From: a virus
Taxonomy: Duplodnaviria; Caudoviricetes
Strand: one strand, 5' to 3'
Length of the DNA stretch: 64,000 nt
IMG/VR virus record: IMGVR_UViG_3300037507_003370
Span: 1-64,000 of that record
The notes below the pieces were generated by a model. That model did not search any database. It was not told where the DNA came from and saw only the letters and a program-made list of their open reading frames with translations. Every line of letters starts with the position of its first letter. The stretch's first letter is position 1. This document shows positions 1-6,852 of the stretch, one piece after another. A program made the position numbers and the translations under genes.

Positions 1-22
1 GTCTTACAGAATAAGGACTTAG
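1..22. repeat. 80-bp element, partial (last palindrome; truncated by window edge)
   Basis: GTCTTA-CAGAA-TAAGGACTTAG abutting the tRNA-Asp 3' end. Confidence 0.75.
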
Positions 23-96
23 CGAGAATGACGGGACTCGAACCCGCAACCTCTAGCGTGACAGGCTAGCGATCTAACCGATTGATCTACATTCCC
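23..96 (-). tRNA. tRNA-Asp(GTC)
   Basis: Full cloverleaf on minus strand: GGGAATG/CATTCTC acceptor, CTAGC-CT GTC AC-GCTAG anticodon arm, TTCGAGT T-loop; no encoded CCA. Confidence 0.95.
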
Positions 97-99
97 AAA

Positions 100-171
100 T
101 AGCCCCAAGAGGAATCGAACCTCTAACCAGTGCTTAGAAGGCACTTGTTATATCCATTTAACTATGGGGCC
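100..171 (-). tRNA. tRNA-Arg(TCT)
   Basis: Cloverleaf: GGCCCCA/TGGGGCT acceptor, AGTGC-CT TCT AA-GCACT, TTCGATT T-loop. Confidence 0.95.
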
Positions 172-179
172 ATATGCCT

Positions 180-207
180 ATTATACTGTATCCACTCAAT
201 GCCGCAA
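180..207 (-). promoter_or_regulatory. sigma70-type promoter for tRNA-Arg/Asp
   Basis: TTGCGG-16-TATAAT ending 9 nt before tRNA-Arg. Confidence 0.6.
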
Positions 208-260
208 GCCCCCACGGTTTCCCGTGGAGGCTGAAGCGGTTTGATGATAGAATCAGTCGA

Positions 261-512
261 TCAAGCCTCGACCGTTTCCTTGACCTTCTTAGGATTCGCG
301 GAGTCGCCCGCAGCCTCGGCAGTCACACCCGTAACACGGGCACGCCACACCTTATAACCCTGCTCAGAAAAACTCTTGATCTCACCGGCCTTTACGTTCG
401 CATGAACGTCGCCGGGAAGATTCTCATTCAGTGCATCAGTCAGGCTCGCCACGACCGAATCACGATCCAGTTCATCGGCAACAACATCAACAGTAAAAGC
501 AAACTTCTTCAT
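261..512 (-). CDS. Hypothetical protein (83 aa from MKKF)
   Basis: ORF with GGAG RBS downstream of promoters. Confidence 0.75.
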   Translation of the reverse strand: MKKFAFTVDVVADELDRDSVVASLTDALNENLPGDVHANVKAGEIKSFSEQGYKVWRARVTGVTAEAAGDSANPKKVKETVEA

Positions 513-553
513 TGTAATCATCTCCAAAAAGTGTAATCGAACCAAGTAAAGTA

Positions 554-582
554 ATCATACCAACCGTATCATCACTTGTCAA
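554..582 (-). promoter_or_regulatory. sigma70-type promoter
   Basis: TTGACA-17-TATGAT. Confidence 0.65.
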
Positions 583-640
583 GGGCTAGGTCGAACTTTT
601 TTGGTTGCGATCAACCAGCGTCTTGTCTTGTGATGCTATC

Positions 641-668
641 AGTATAGCATAGTTATCGGCACTGTCAA
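641..668 (-). promoter_or_regulatory. sigma70-type promoter, class I (CGATAA in spacer)
   Basis: TTGACA-gtgCCGATAActatgc-TATACT. Confidence 0.8.
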
Positions 669-700
669 CCCCTTCTCATTAGTATTTTTCACGATTGTTC

Positions 701-780
701 CTAAGTCGTTATGGGATAAGAGTTTACGTCGAATCGCCGCGGCCGTCCTCGCCGCAAAGTCTTATGCGGCAAGGCTTTAG
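701..780. repeat. 80-bp double-palindrome element
   Basis: CTAAGTCGTTA-N5-TAAGAGTTTAC / 26 bp / GCAAAGTCTTA-N5-CAAGGCTTTAG. Confidence 0.9.
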
Positions 781-782
781 GC

Positions 783-1166
783 TCAGGAGAGAAAACCCTC
801 ACAACCCTTGTCCACAAGGTCACGCAGCAGATTTTCAGCCGCTTCGGGAGTCTTGAGAGTTACGCTGTTCTTCGTGCCTGGAGTTGCAGGAACGAACGTG
901 TCGTACTTCCAGCCACCAACCAGAGCATCACTCCAATCCTTGGCTTCCTTCAAGCCCCATCCGGTGTGAGTTCGGATAGCCTTGATGCAGTAGATACGAT
1001 TATCCAGAGTCATGCCACCAGTGATGGTAACGGTGCGATTCTGGCTCACGCCCAACGCAATCTCCACAGAGTTCACGATCTTGTGATACAGTTCAGCATC
1101 GTTGTTGTATGCCCAGTTGCTAGCCAAATACATAGCCTCACGAACAGTCAGTTGCAGATTAATCAT
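783..1166 (-). CDS. Ribosomal protein bL12 (L7/L12) C-terminal-domain-like protein
   Basis: IYCIKAIRTHTGWGLKEAKD resembles the L12 CTD motif KIxVIKxVRxxTGLGLKEAKD; C-terminal PEAAENLLRDLVDKGCE matches the last helix. Confidence 0.65.
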   Translation of the reverse strand: MINLQLTVREAMYLASNWAYNNDAELYHKIVNSVEIALGVSQNRTVTITGGMTLDNRIYCIKAIRTHTGWGLKEAKDWSDALVGGWKYDTFVPATPGTKNSVTLKTPEAAENLLRDLVDKGCEGFLS

Positions 1167-1645
1167 ACCTTAAAATCTCCTAAATACTTGGAATCTATTT
1201 CTCTAAGATCGTCGAACGAGCAGTGTCGTTCTTCTAAAATATAAACTTGTTTACCACTAGTAATGAGTGTAGCGTATTCGCTTTCATCCCATATGAACTC
1301 ATTGCTATCGCTCTCACGACGCCAGTATGGATCACGAAGTGGATTATAAAACACACGCTCAAGATTGTCAATAGGCAACGTAGGATAAAAATCCTTGCGA
1401 AGCATAACTTCCTCACACTTTACCCATCCGCTCACATCATGCACACCAGCCTCAAATACTTGTTTGGCTTTATTTGGTCGATTGCGAAGTTTACAACCCC
1501 TCATTTCCAACTGGTATTCTTTGGGATCGTAATAATATACATCAACAGTCTTACTACCTTGCTTAACTTTAATCTGCCAGTGCATAAAATGTTCGCCACT
1601 GGAAAGATGAAAACGAACTTCACCGTGCATTGGTCGTGATTTCAT
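1163..1645 (-). CDS. Hypothetical phage protein
   Basis: 160-aa ORF overlapping neighbours in the operon. Confidence 0.75.
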   Translation of the reverse strand: MKSRPMHGEVRFHLSSGEHFMHWQIKVKQGSKTVDVYYYDPKEYQLEMRGCKLRNRPNKAKQVFEAGVHDVSGWVKCEEVMLRKDFYPTLPIDNLERVFYNPLRDPYWRRESDSNEFIWDESEYATLITSGKQVYILEERHCSFDDLREIDSKYLGDFKV

Positions 1646-1877
1646 ATGGAATATTCCCTAATAAAATGTCAAAACATTGTTGACAAATCATACTATCCAA
1701 CATTCTGTGCTGGCTTGGATTAAGATATGTAAAAGCCTCTTCGGACTCTTTACCATTAATCCATACTTCAATATCATTATCCTCAACCCAAATATCTTGA
1801 TGATTACCGCATATTCTACAATCAACGGGAATACAATGCTTTCCCCCCTTTAAATAATCATTTCTATCCCAATCCAT
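1620..1877 (-). CDS. Small Zn-binding phage protein (paralog of 3103..3363)
   Basis: CxxC pairs; W-x2-G...AFTYLNPSQHRML similar to WLNG...CFPHLNAEQREIL. Confidence 0.7.
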   Translation of the reverse strand: MDWDRNDYLKGGKHCIPVDCRICGNHQDIWVEDNDIEVWINGKESEEAFTYLNPSQHRMLDSMICQQCFDILLGNIPYEITTNAR

Positions 1878-1895
1878 GATTGATCTCCTCAAACG

Positions 1896-1924
1896 ATTAT
1901 ATACTATTAACCAAGTCTTGTCAA
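1896..1924 (-). promoter_or_regulatory. sigma70-type promoter
   Basis: TTGACA-17-TATAAT, perfect consensus. Confidence 0.8.
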
Positions 1925-1938
1925 GACCTTTAAACTTT

Positions 1939-2066
1939 CGCTGACTACAGCCACCCCAGCCAAATCCGTAGGATTAGGAAAGACAAGCGTTGGGTTGAGC
2001 CATACTCGACCGCCATTTAACCGTGGCTTCTTTGATATCATTCTGCCAACGGCCCACCCACTTGTT
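1939..2066 (-). ncRNA. Candidate structured ncRNA (~130 nt)
   Basis: Directly after a strong promoter (2073-2101), no credible ORF; nested stems ACAAG/CTTGT, TGGGT/ACCCA, GGGC/GCTC, CGT(T)GGC/GCCACG plus 3' AATCC-TAC-GGATT hairpin. Confidence 0.5.
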
Positions 2067-2072
2067 TCCCTA

Positions 2073-2101
2073 AGTATACTTCTATTATCGGTCAGTGTCA
2101 A
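2073..2101 (-). promoter_or_regulatory. sigma70-type promoter, class I
   Basis: TTGACA-ctgaCCGATAAtagaag-TATACT. Confidence 0.8.
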
Positions 2102-2119
2102 GGGTTTTCTTTAAAAATC

Positions 2120-2199
2120 CTAAGTGGTTGATAGATAAGAGTTTACGTCAAATCCGGCCGCCCCGGGTTGCTCTAAAGTCTTACGCTTCAATACTTTAG
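2120..2199. repeat. 80-bp double-palindrome element
   Basis: CTAAGTGGTTG-N5-TAAGAGTTTAC / 26 bp / CTAAAGTCTTA-N5-CAATACTTTAG. Confidence 0.9.
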
Positions 2200-2310
2200 A
2201 TACCACCAATAGCAATCACCACAGAAACTCCAAAAAACCTCATGCTTATCTAGCATATAGCACATTTCATTACAGTTACCACAATAGCAAACATTATCAA
2301 GAGTTTTCAT
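2188..2310 (-). CDS. 40-aa Cys-rich (Zn-finger-like) protein
   Basis: MKTLDNVCYCGNCNEMC...FCGDCYWW; stop lies inside the 80-bp element; below the ORF-track cutoff. Confidence 0.55.
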   Translation of the reverse strand: MKTLDNVCYCGNCNEMCYMLDKHEVFWSFCGDCYWWYLKY

Positions 2311-2470
2311 AAACTAACTCCACATACTTGTTGACCAGTTCGCTGGTACCAATCTCATGCAATCCAATCAACTCTTTGGCCTTATCTACGTTATGCTTAT
2401 TTACAGCGGCCATTCTATTCTTGAAAAAACTAAGAATATAAATCATAGCCTTTGTACGATCTTCATTCAT
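2297..2470 (-). CDS. 57-aa hypothetical protein
   Basis: ATGA-coupled to the upstream ORF. Confidence 0.6.
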   Translation of the reverse strand: MNEDRTKAMIYILSFFKNRMAAVNKHNVDKAKELIGLHEIGTSELVNKYVELVYENS

Positions 2471-2721
2471 GATGGATAATCCTTTGGGTAATCGTTTTCT
2501 GGTCGTTTTGGTTTTGGCTGTCCCTCATATGGCATCCACCACGGAGCATCCATACGATCTACTATACCGGGACTTTCTTCACAAATCAAGATATGTTCAC
2601 TTACCGGATCATCCTTATGAATCTCATACCTTCCCTGCCACACCCCAATATACTCGCCAAAGTAATAAACCTTTTGGCCGTTGATGGGGCGACGAGGACC
2701 AAAAAAACTAATCCATTCCAT
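2467..2721 (-). CDS. DUF551-like small phage protein
   Basis: N-terminal MEWIS..RP and C-terminal WWMP motifs. Confidence 0.55.
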   Translation of the reverse strand: MEWISFFGPRRPINGQKVYYFGEYIGVWQGRYEIHKDDPVSEHILICEESPGIVDRMDAPWWMPYEGQPKPKRPENDYPKDYPS

Positions 2722-2882
2722 TACTCACCCCCATAACTACGATATATCTCGTAGCATTTTTCGATAGTCTCATCAGACTCATCATCATTTTTTACAGAGA
2801 TACCATTCTCATACTTATGAAACAGTTCGCTAAAAAGTCCGTAAAGTTTTCTTTCCTGTTGTCTACACTTTTCAATATTCAT
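2721..2882 (-). CDS. Hypothetical protein (likely start MNIEK)
   Basis: Tightly coupled ORF in operon. Confidence 0.55.
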   Translation of the reverse strand: MNIEKCRQQERKLYGLFSELFHKYENGISVKNDDESDETIEKCYEIYRSYGGE

Positions 2883-3106
2883 TATTTTCCCCTCGTAATA
2901 ATCAAACACATTGTACCAGTATCACTATCGGTATATCTCACAGTCTCATGAGGCCCGTAATACCAAGCATCATTCTTGGAGAAGTTGAATACAACCTCAT
3001 CGGTCTTGAGTTGAGTATCATTATACCCACCCTCATACCCAAGAGTCAATACCCTCATATCACCGGGATAACCCTTCAACTGCTCAATCAGTTCATTAAC
3101 GGTCAT
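2882..3106 (-). CDS. Small phage protein (MTVxELIEQL type)
   Basis: Typical N-terminus; ATGA coupling. Confidence 0.7.
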   Translation of the reverse strand: MTVNELIEQLKGYPGDMRVLTLGYEGGYNDTQLKTDEVVFNFSKNDAWYYGPHETVRYTDSDTGTMCLIITRGK

Positions 3107-3363
3107 TCTTCATTCTCCGGAGGAAACATATTGTTCCAAGATTCATCATCGTTACCGCTCAACAGAATCTCACGCTGTTCAGCATTAAGATGAGGAAAGC
3201 ACTGTTGAAGATAACCACCATTAAGCCACTCGTTAGCAGCACTCAGTTTAACAGTGATACTAAACGGCTTAGCACTCATGGTGTAACCTGAAAAAGTAAG
3301 ATTCTCACCATCAACCGTTCGGGTCACCTTATCACTCAGACAATACCGCTCAAAGCCAATCAT
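3103..3363 (-). CDS. Hypothetical phage protein (paralog of 1620..1877)
   Basis: First gene after promoter 3385-3413; GGAG RBS. Confidence 0.75.
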   Translation of the reverse strand: MIGFERYCLSDKVTRTVDGENLTFSGYTMSAKPFSITVKLSAANEWLNGGYLQQCFPHLNAEQREILLSGNDDESWNNMFPPENEE

Positions 3364-3384
3364 AGTTTTTCTCCTTGTTCTACC

Positions 3385-3413
3385 ATTCTACACTAGTATT
3401 ATCGGCTTGTCAA
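3385..3413 (-). promoter_or_regulatory. sigma70-type promoter, class I
   Basis: TTGACA-agCCGATAAtactagtg-TAGAAT. Confidence 0.8.
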
Positions 3414-3433
3414 TAGGCTTTTCTTTAGCAATC

Positions 3434-3513
3434 CTAAGTTGTTGGTGGGTAAGACTTTGCGACGAATCCGGCCGCGGCAGTTTGCCCTAAACTCTTACAG
3501 CGTAAGCATTTAG
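3434..3513. repeat. 80-bp double-palindrome element
   Basis: CTAAGTTGTTG-N5-TAAGACTTTGC / 26 bp / CTAAACTCTTA-N5-TAAGCATTTAG. Confidence 0.9.
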
Positions 3514-3561
3514 AGCGAACCCCTTTTGAATATGGTATACCGGCTGTTAATGGATCGACTT

Positions 3562-3637
3562 AGTGGATAGATGGATTCGAACCATCAACTCCTCTTGTAT
3601 TTAAACAAGTGGAACTCTACCTTTGAGTTATACCCAC
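3562..3637 (-). tRNA. tRNA-like gene with aberrant 22-nt anticodon arm (isotype undetermined / pseudo-tRNA)
   Basis: Acceptor GTGGGTA/TATCCAC, D-arm ACTC-AAAGGTA-GAGT and T-arm GATGG-TTCGAAT-CCATC are canonical; anticodon arm CCACTTGTTTAAATACAAGAGG is 5 nt too long. Confidence 0.65.
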
Positions 3638-3892
3638 CGATAGTTTTACGATAAGTGTCCGGTATCACGCACCTATCAACCCGATACCTTGCGGGTATCT
3701 AGGTTTCTATCCGACCCCTGTTTGTTACCAGCGAACCTTTTACGCCCCGATTCTTATCCTCATCAGTATGGAGCGACCATACCGATTTGGAACCGCCCAC
3801 GCTCACTTTCGTCCAGTTGCGAACTGGCTCAGGCAAGAGGTAACGGCTACTGGTTGTATTGCTCGTGGTGAGGATGCCATCCCACATAGATT
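3638..3892 (-). ncRNA. Candidate structured ncRNA (~250 nt) upstream of the tRNA-like gene
   Basis: Follows promoter 3899-3926; multiple hairpins (CCAGTT/AACTGG, TATGG/CCATA, GATACC/GGTATC, GATAGGTG/CACTTATC). Confidence 0.45.
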
Positions 3893-3898
3893 AGCACT

Positions 3899-3926
3899 AC
3901 TATACAGCGTATAAGCCCGCTGTCAA
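3899..3926 (-). promoter_or_regulatory. sigma70-type promoter
   Basis: TTGACA-16-TATAGT. Confidence 0.65.
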
Positions 3927-4024
3927 CCCCACGCTGCATAACAGCCGTAGGTTTATCGTAATGGCTTATCCTAATCTAGTCCCGTCGCATGGACCCACGG
4001 ATGTTTGTTTTGTCTTATAGGCTC

Positions 4025-4052
4025 ATTCTATCATCTATTATCGACCTGTCAA
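4025..4052 (-). promoter_or_regulatory. sigma70-type promoter, class I
   Basis: TTGACA-ggTCGATAAtagatga-TAGAAT. Confidence 0.75.
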
Positions 4053-4063
4053 TACCCTGTTCT

Positions 4064-4258
4064 TTAGATTTTTTGTCTTCGTCGGATTTCATCAGAGCAA
4101 TAGCAGATTTCATCAGCATAGTAGCCATAGTTCGGCTGGTCAGGCCATGCTTTCAAAACTTCCCTACAATCTTTAATGGTAAAAAGAAGTTCAGAATAAG
4201 TCATCTTCTTAACCTTTTTAGCGTAAGCCGCATGATCCATAAACTTAGTGGCAAACAT
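4064..4258 (-). CDS. Hypothetical protein
   Basis: Own promoter and GGAG RBS. Confidence 0.75.
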   Translation of the reverse strand: MFATKFMDHAAYAKKVKKMTYSELLFTIKDCREVLKAWPDQPNYGYYADEICYCSDEIRRRQKI

Positions 4259-4278
4259 CTTTTGTCTCCTGTGCCATG

Positions 4279-4307
4279 ATTCTACACTCCTATTATCGGT
4301 CTGTCAA
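4279..4307 (-). promoter_or_regulatory. sigma70-type promoter, class I
   Basis: TTGACA-gaCCGATAAtaggagtg-TAGAAT. Confidence 0.8.
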
Positions 4308-4337
4308 GAGCATATTCTGTAGAAAAAACTTTTTGAT

Positions 4338-4417
4338 GCAAGTCTATAGATGATAAGAGTTTACGTCAAAACCGGGCGGGCAGCTTTGTTGTAAAGTCTT
4401 ACGCCGCAACAGTTTGC
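4338..4417. repeat. 80-bp double-palindrome element
   Basis: GCAAGTCTATA-N5-TAAGAGTTTAC / 26 bp / GTAAAGTCTTA-N5-CAACAGTTTGC. Confidence 0.9.
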
Positions 4418-4875
4418 ATTCGCTCATATACAGTATGAATAATATCCTGATTATCCCTATAGAATGCTCGTGTTTTAATACAAGACTTAATCTGATCCTT
4501 GGGATACTTCTGGATATACTCCCAAGCATCTTTCACATGTTCATTTGACCACAATCGCCCAATCAAATCCTCAGCCTTAACGGTAAAGGCAACGTCAACA
4601 TATCCCTGCTTATTGATCACAATGAACAGAAACCGAATTTGCTTCTCCCTCTCGCTCAATCCATAATACTTACTAGGATCAAGCCACTGTAAATCGGCCT
4701 GCTTCTTACACTCCACAAGACAATCCAACATATCATTTTTATAATCATACAACGTATGGCTAGTCCGCTCCCAACCATTATCCCTAGAAAGAATACGAGA
4801 CAATACATTCTCCTTGCCCCCGTACCCCTTAAGATTCACAATAGACAGCAATTGCTTTTGCGTAGTGGTAAGCAT
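4399..4875 (-). CDS. Hypothetical protein, possible PD-(D/E)xK nuclease fold
   Basis: YDY...LVECKK motif; stop inside the 80-bp element. Confidence 0.6.
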   Translation of the reverse strand: MLTTTQKQLLSIVNLKGYGGKENVLSRILSRDNGWERTSHTLYDYKNDMLDCLVECKKQADLQWLDPSKYYGLSEREKQIRFLFIVINKQGYVDVAFTVKAEDLIGRLWSNEHVKDAWEYIQKYPKDQIKSCIKTRAFYRDNQDIIHTVYERMQTVAA

Positions 4876-4884
4876 AGCGATGGT

Positions 4885-4912
4885 ATCTTACTGCTTAATC
4901 TTGTTTTGTCAA
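4885..4912 (-). promoter_or_regulatory. sigma70-type promoter (near-leaderless mRNA)
   Basis: TTGACA-16-TAAGAT, ATG of 4399..4875 only 9 nt after the -10 box. Confidence 0.6.
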
Positions 4913-4972
4913 GAGTTTTCGCTGACTATACCCACTCAACCCAAATCCGTAGGATTACCTGATACAAGCCAA

Positions 4973-5044
4973 TGACCCCACAGGGAATCGAACCCTGATT
5001 CTCGGAGCGAAAATCCGATTTCCTAACCGTTAGAAGATGGGGCC
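4973..5044 (-). tRNA. tRNA-Glu(TTC)
   Basis: Cloverleaf: GGCCCCA/TGGGGTC, TCGGA-TT TTC GC-TCCGA, TTCGATT T-loop. Confidence 0.93.
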
Positions 5045-5051
5045 AAGATAT

Positions 5052-5207
5052 TTACCAGACTACCTTTTCAATCCTCAGATCACTACCATACTTATCTTTA
5101 GCCTTTCTCCAAGCATCATACTGACTAAATGATACAACATAGCCAACGAATCGGCCATGTTGAAACACTCTCCACGACATTCCGGCAAGACATTGAGCAG
5201 TGGTCAT
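5052..5207 (-). CDS. Hypothetical protein (51 aa from MTTAQ)
   Basis: AAAGGAG RBS, promoter 5226-5253. Confidence 0.7.
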   Translation of the reverse strand: MTTAQCLAGMSWRVFQHGRFVGYVVSFSQYDAWRKAKDKYGSDLRIEKVVW

Positions 5208-5225
5208 ATGAATCTCCTTTGCCCG

Positions 5226-5253
5226 ATTATACACATTATCGGGTGTTTGTCAA
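5226..5253 (-). promoter_or_regulatory. sigma70-type promoter, class I
   Basis: TTGACA-aacaCCCGATAAtgtg-TATAAT. Confidence 0.8.
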
Positions 5254-5271
5254 TACAACTTTAGATTTTCC

Positions 5272-5351
5272 ACAAGTCTTTGATCAATAAGAGTTTGCAT
5301 CAACATCGGCCGCACCGGCTCGCACTAAAGTCTTGTGGCTAAAGACCTTAG
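5272..5351. repeat. 80-bp double-palindrome element
   Basis: ACAAGTCTTTG-N5-TAAGAGTTTGC / 26 bp / CTAAAGTCTTG-N5-AAAGACCTTAG. Confidence 0.9.
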
Positions 5352-5366
5352 AGCGAGTCTGCTTTT

Positions 5367-5777
5367 TCAGCAGAAAAGGTGGGCCAGACCAGCCTTGAAG
5401 ATAGTACCTCCAAGGAGGGGGCGACGACAGTTTACAACTCGTTCAGCATAGAAGTTGCGAACAGTACCATCAGCACTACGACCCGTAATAAGATGGCGAG
5501 TACGCTGGAAGTTACTATCGTTTCGTCGGTAGTTGCTTTTAGCATTCAGTCTACGAATCTGATTATCGTCCAACATAGTCACGCCAAGTACCTTTACAAG
5601 AAAACGCTCAGGATCACCCTTTGCGGGCTGGAGATATTCAAAGTTGAAAACATCGCCAACCTTTGCGGTTGACAGACTACCATGAGTACCACTGTATATA
5701 TGATACAGAGAGAATGCCAGAAGGCAGGCCATAGCACCAATCACACAACCGCCGTAAACCAAAATATCGTTCGTCAT
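5367..5777 (-). CDS. Protein with N-terminal TM segment and WYL/SH3-like domain
   Basis: Hydrophobic residues 5-27; FNFEYLQP...ER...VRNFYAERV pattern reminiscent of WYL. Confidence 0.5.
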   Translation of the reverse strand: MTNDILVYGGCVIGAMACLLAFSLYHIYSGTHGSLSTAKVGDVFNFEYLQPAKGDPERFLVKVLGVTMLDDNQIRRLNAKSNYRRNDSNFQRTRHLITGRSADGTVRNFYAERVVNCRRPLLGGTIFKAGLAHLFC

Positions 5778-5816
5778 TTAGAACCCTTTCGTTGTGAGAA
5801 ATCCATCATTTCACCC

Positions 5817-5845
5817 ATTCTACAGTATATTATCGGCATTGTCAA
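5817..5845 (-). promoter_or_regulatory. sigma70-type promoter, class I
   Basis: TTGACA-atgCCGATAAtatactg-TAGAAT. Confidence 0.8.
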
Positions 5846-5875
5846 GCGGTCTTCTTGAGAAAATCTTTTCTTGCT

Positions 5876-5955
5876 ATAAGTTGTTGAAACACAAGACTTT
5901 GCAGAAAAACCGGCCGACCAGCCTTGGCGTAAACTTTTACGCAGCAAGGCTTTAC
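5876..5955. repeat. 80-bp double-palindrome element
   Basis: ATAAGTTGTTG-N5-CAAGACTTTGC / 26 bp / GTAAACTTTTA-N5-CAAGGCTTTAC. Confidence 0.9.
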
Positions 5956-5957
5956 AC

Positions 5958-6227
5958 TCACTCAAAATCTACGAAGATAATCTGATTGTATCCTCGCGGC
6001 TTCACGGTATAACCATCACCATAGTCGTAGGTATCGGCCTTTACCGCAGTCATATTCGCCAGAGACTTAGCCTGTCGAATAACGCTACGCTGAGACTCAG
6101 CATTACGAGGCTGAAACTCATACCGCTTCACCCAACCATAGTTAGCCTCACCGCCAAACGTATCAGTAACCGTCACAACACACTTCGTCATTTTCACTGT
6201 CTCCTTTGGTTTTATCTTATCACACAA
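5958..6227 (-). CDS. Hypothetical protein
   Basis: ORF ending 2 nt from the element; likely start MTKC at 6191. Confidence 0.7.
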   Translation of the reverse strand: MCDKIKPKETVKMTKCVVTVTDTFGGEANYGWVKRYEFQPRNAESQRSVIRQAKSLANMTAVKADTYDYGDGYTVKPRGYNQIIFVDFE

Positions 6228-6237
6228 TCAAACGTTG

Positions 6238-6525
6238 TCAAGCATACGGATTCAAGATATCAGCAGCCCAATCCTCAATACGGTTACCAGCAGCACCACG
6301 GCTACTGTCTTTCCTGATAGATATCTTGCGAACATCATCCGCAAAAAACGTACCACATTCTCCCATGCTACAGTTGTCGAGGGTAACAATAAGAAACTCG
6401 TTACCATTGTCGATAACAGCATGAGACATGGTGCCAAGAGCATCAGCAGCAGCGAGTCTCATTTCCTGAAGGGTAATCATGTTATTTCCAGTTGTTACGG
6501 CGACATTCCTCAGCCCATTCAGCAT
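6238..6525 (-). CDS. Hypothetical protein (likely start MLNG)
   Basis: ORF in operon. Confidence 0.6.
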   Translation of the reverse strand: MLNGLRNVAVTTGNNMITLQEMRLAAADALGTMSHAVIDNGNEFLIVTLDNCSMGECGTFFADDVRKISIRKDSSRGAAGNRIEDWAADILNPYA

Positions 6526-6691
6526 CTTCACGACGAGTACGATCATTGTACCCATAACCACCATTAGTCAAGTAGTTATCTTTCACAGCATCATAGCCAT
6601 CGTCACTATCCACAAACGGCTCGCAATGTTCCTTGCAACGCGAGCAAATATCACCACGATAGATCGTCACACCACAGCAGTCACTCAACAT
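6482..6691 (-). CDS. Small Zn-ribbon protein
   Basis: SDCCG...ICSRCKEHC; first gene after promoter 6724-6752. Confidence 0.7.
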   Translation of the reverse strand: MLSDCCGVTIYRGDICSRCKEHCEPFVDSDDGYDAVKDNYLTNGGYGYNDRTRREDAEWAEECRRNNWK

Positions 6692-6723
6692 TTTTCACTC
6701 TCTTTCTTACTCTTTATATCGGT

Positions 6724-6752
6724 ATTCTACCAGCCTAAACTTTAGAAGTCAA
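6724..6752 (-). promoter_or_regulatory. sigma70-type promoter, class II (TCTAAAG after -35, CGATA after -10)
   Basis: TTGACT-TCTAAAGtttaggctgg-TAGAAT-aCCGATATAA. Confidence 0.75.
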
Positions 6753-6771
6753 GCATATTTTTTTGAAAATC

Positions 6772-6851
6772 GTAAGTTGTTGTGTCTCAATAGTTTGCGT
6801 CAAATGCGTCCGCTGGGCCTTGGCGTAAACTCTTACGCATCAAGGCTTTAG
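6772..6851. repeat. 80-bp double-palindrome element
   Basis: GTAAGTTGTTG-N5-CAATAGTTTGC / 26 bp / GTAAACTCTTA-N5-CAAGGCTTTAG. Confidence 0.9.
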
Positions 6852-6852
6852 A

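Noticed and set aside
1907-2101. 64-aa ORF
   Set aside because: Its start codon is the TTG of the -35 box, so it lies upstream of the transcription start.
3700-3835. Hammerhead ribozyme (CUGAUGAG and GAAA present)
   Set aside because: Could not assemble stems I-III with an adjacent NUH in any permutation; stem II partners do not pair.
3562-3900. tmRNA or RNase P RNA
   Set aside because: No G3-U70 alanine acceptor, no tag ORF, no GAGGAAAGUCC core.
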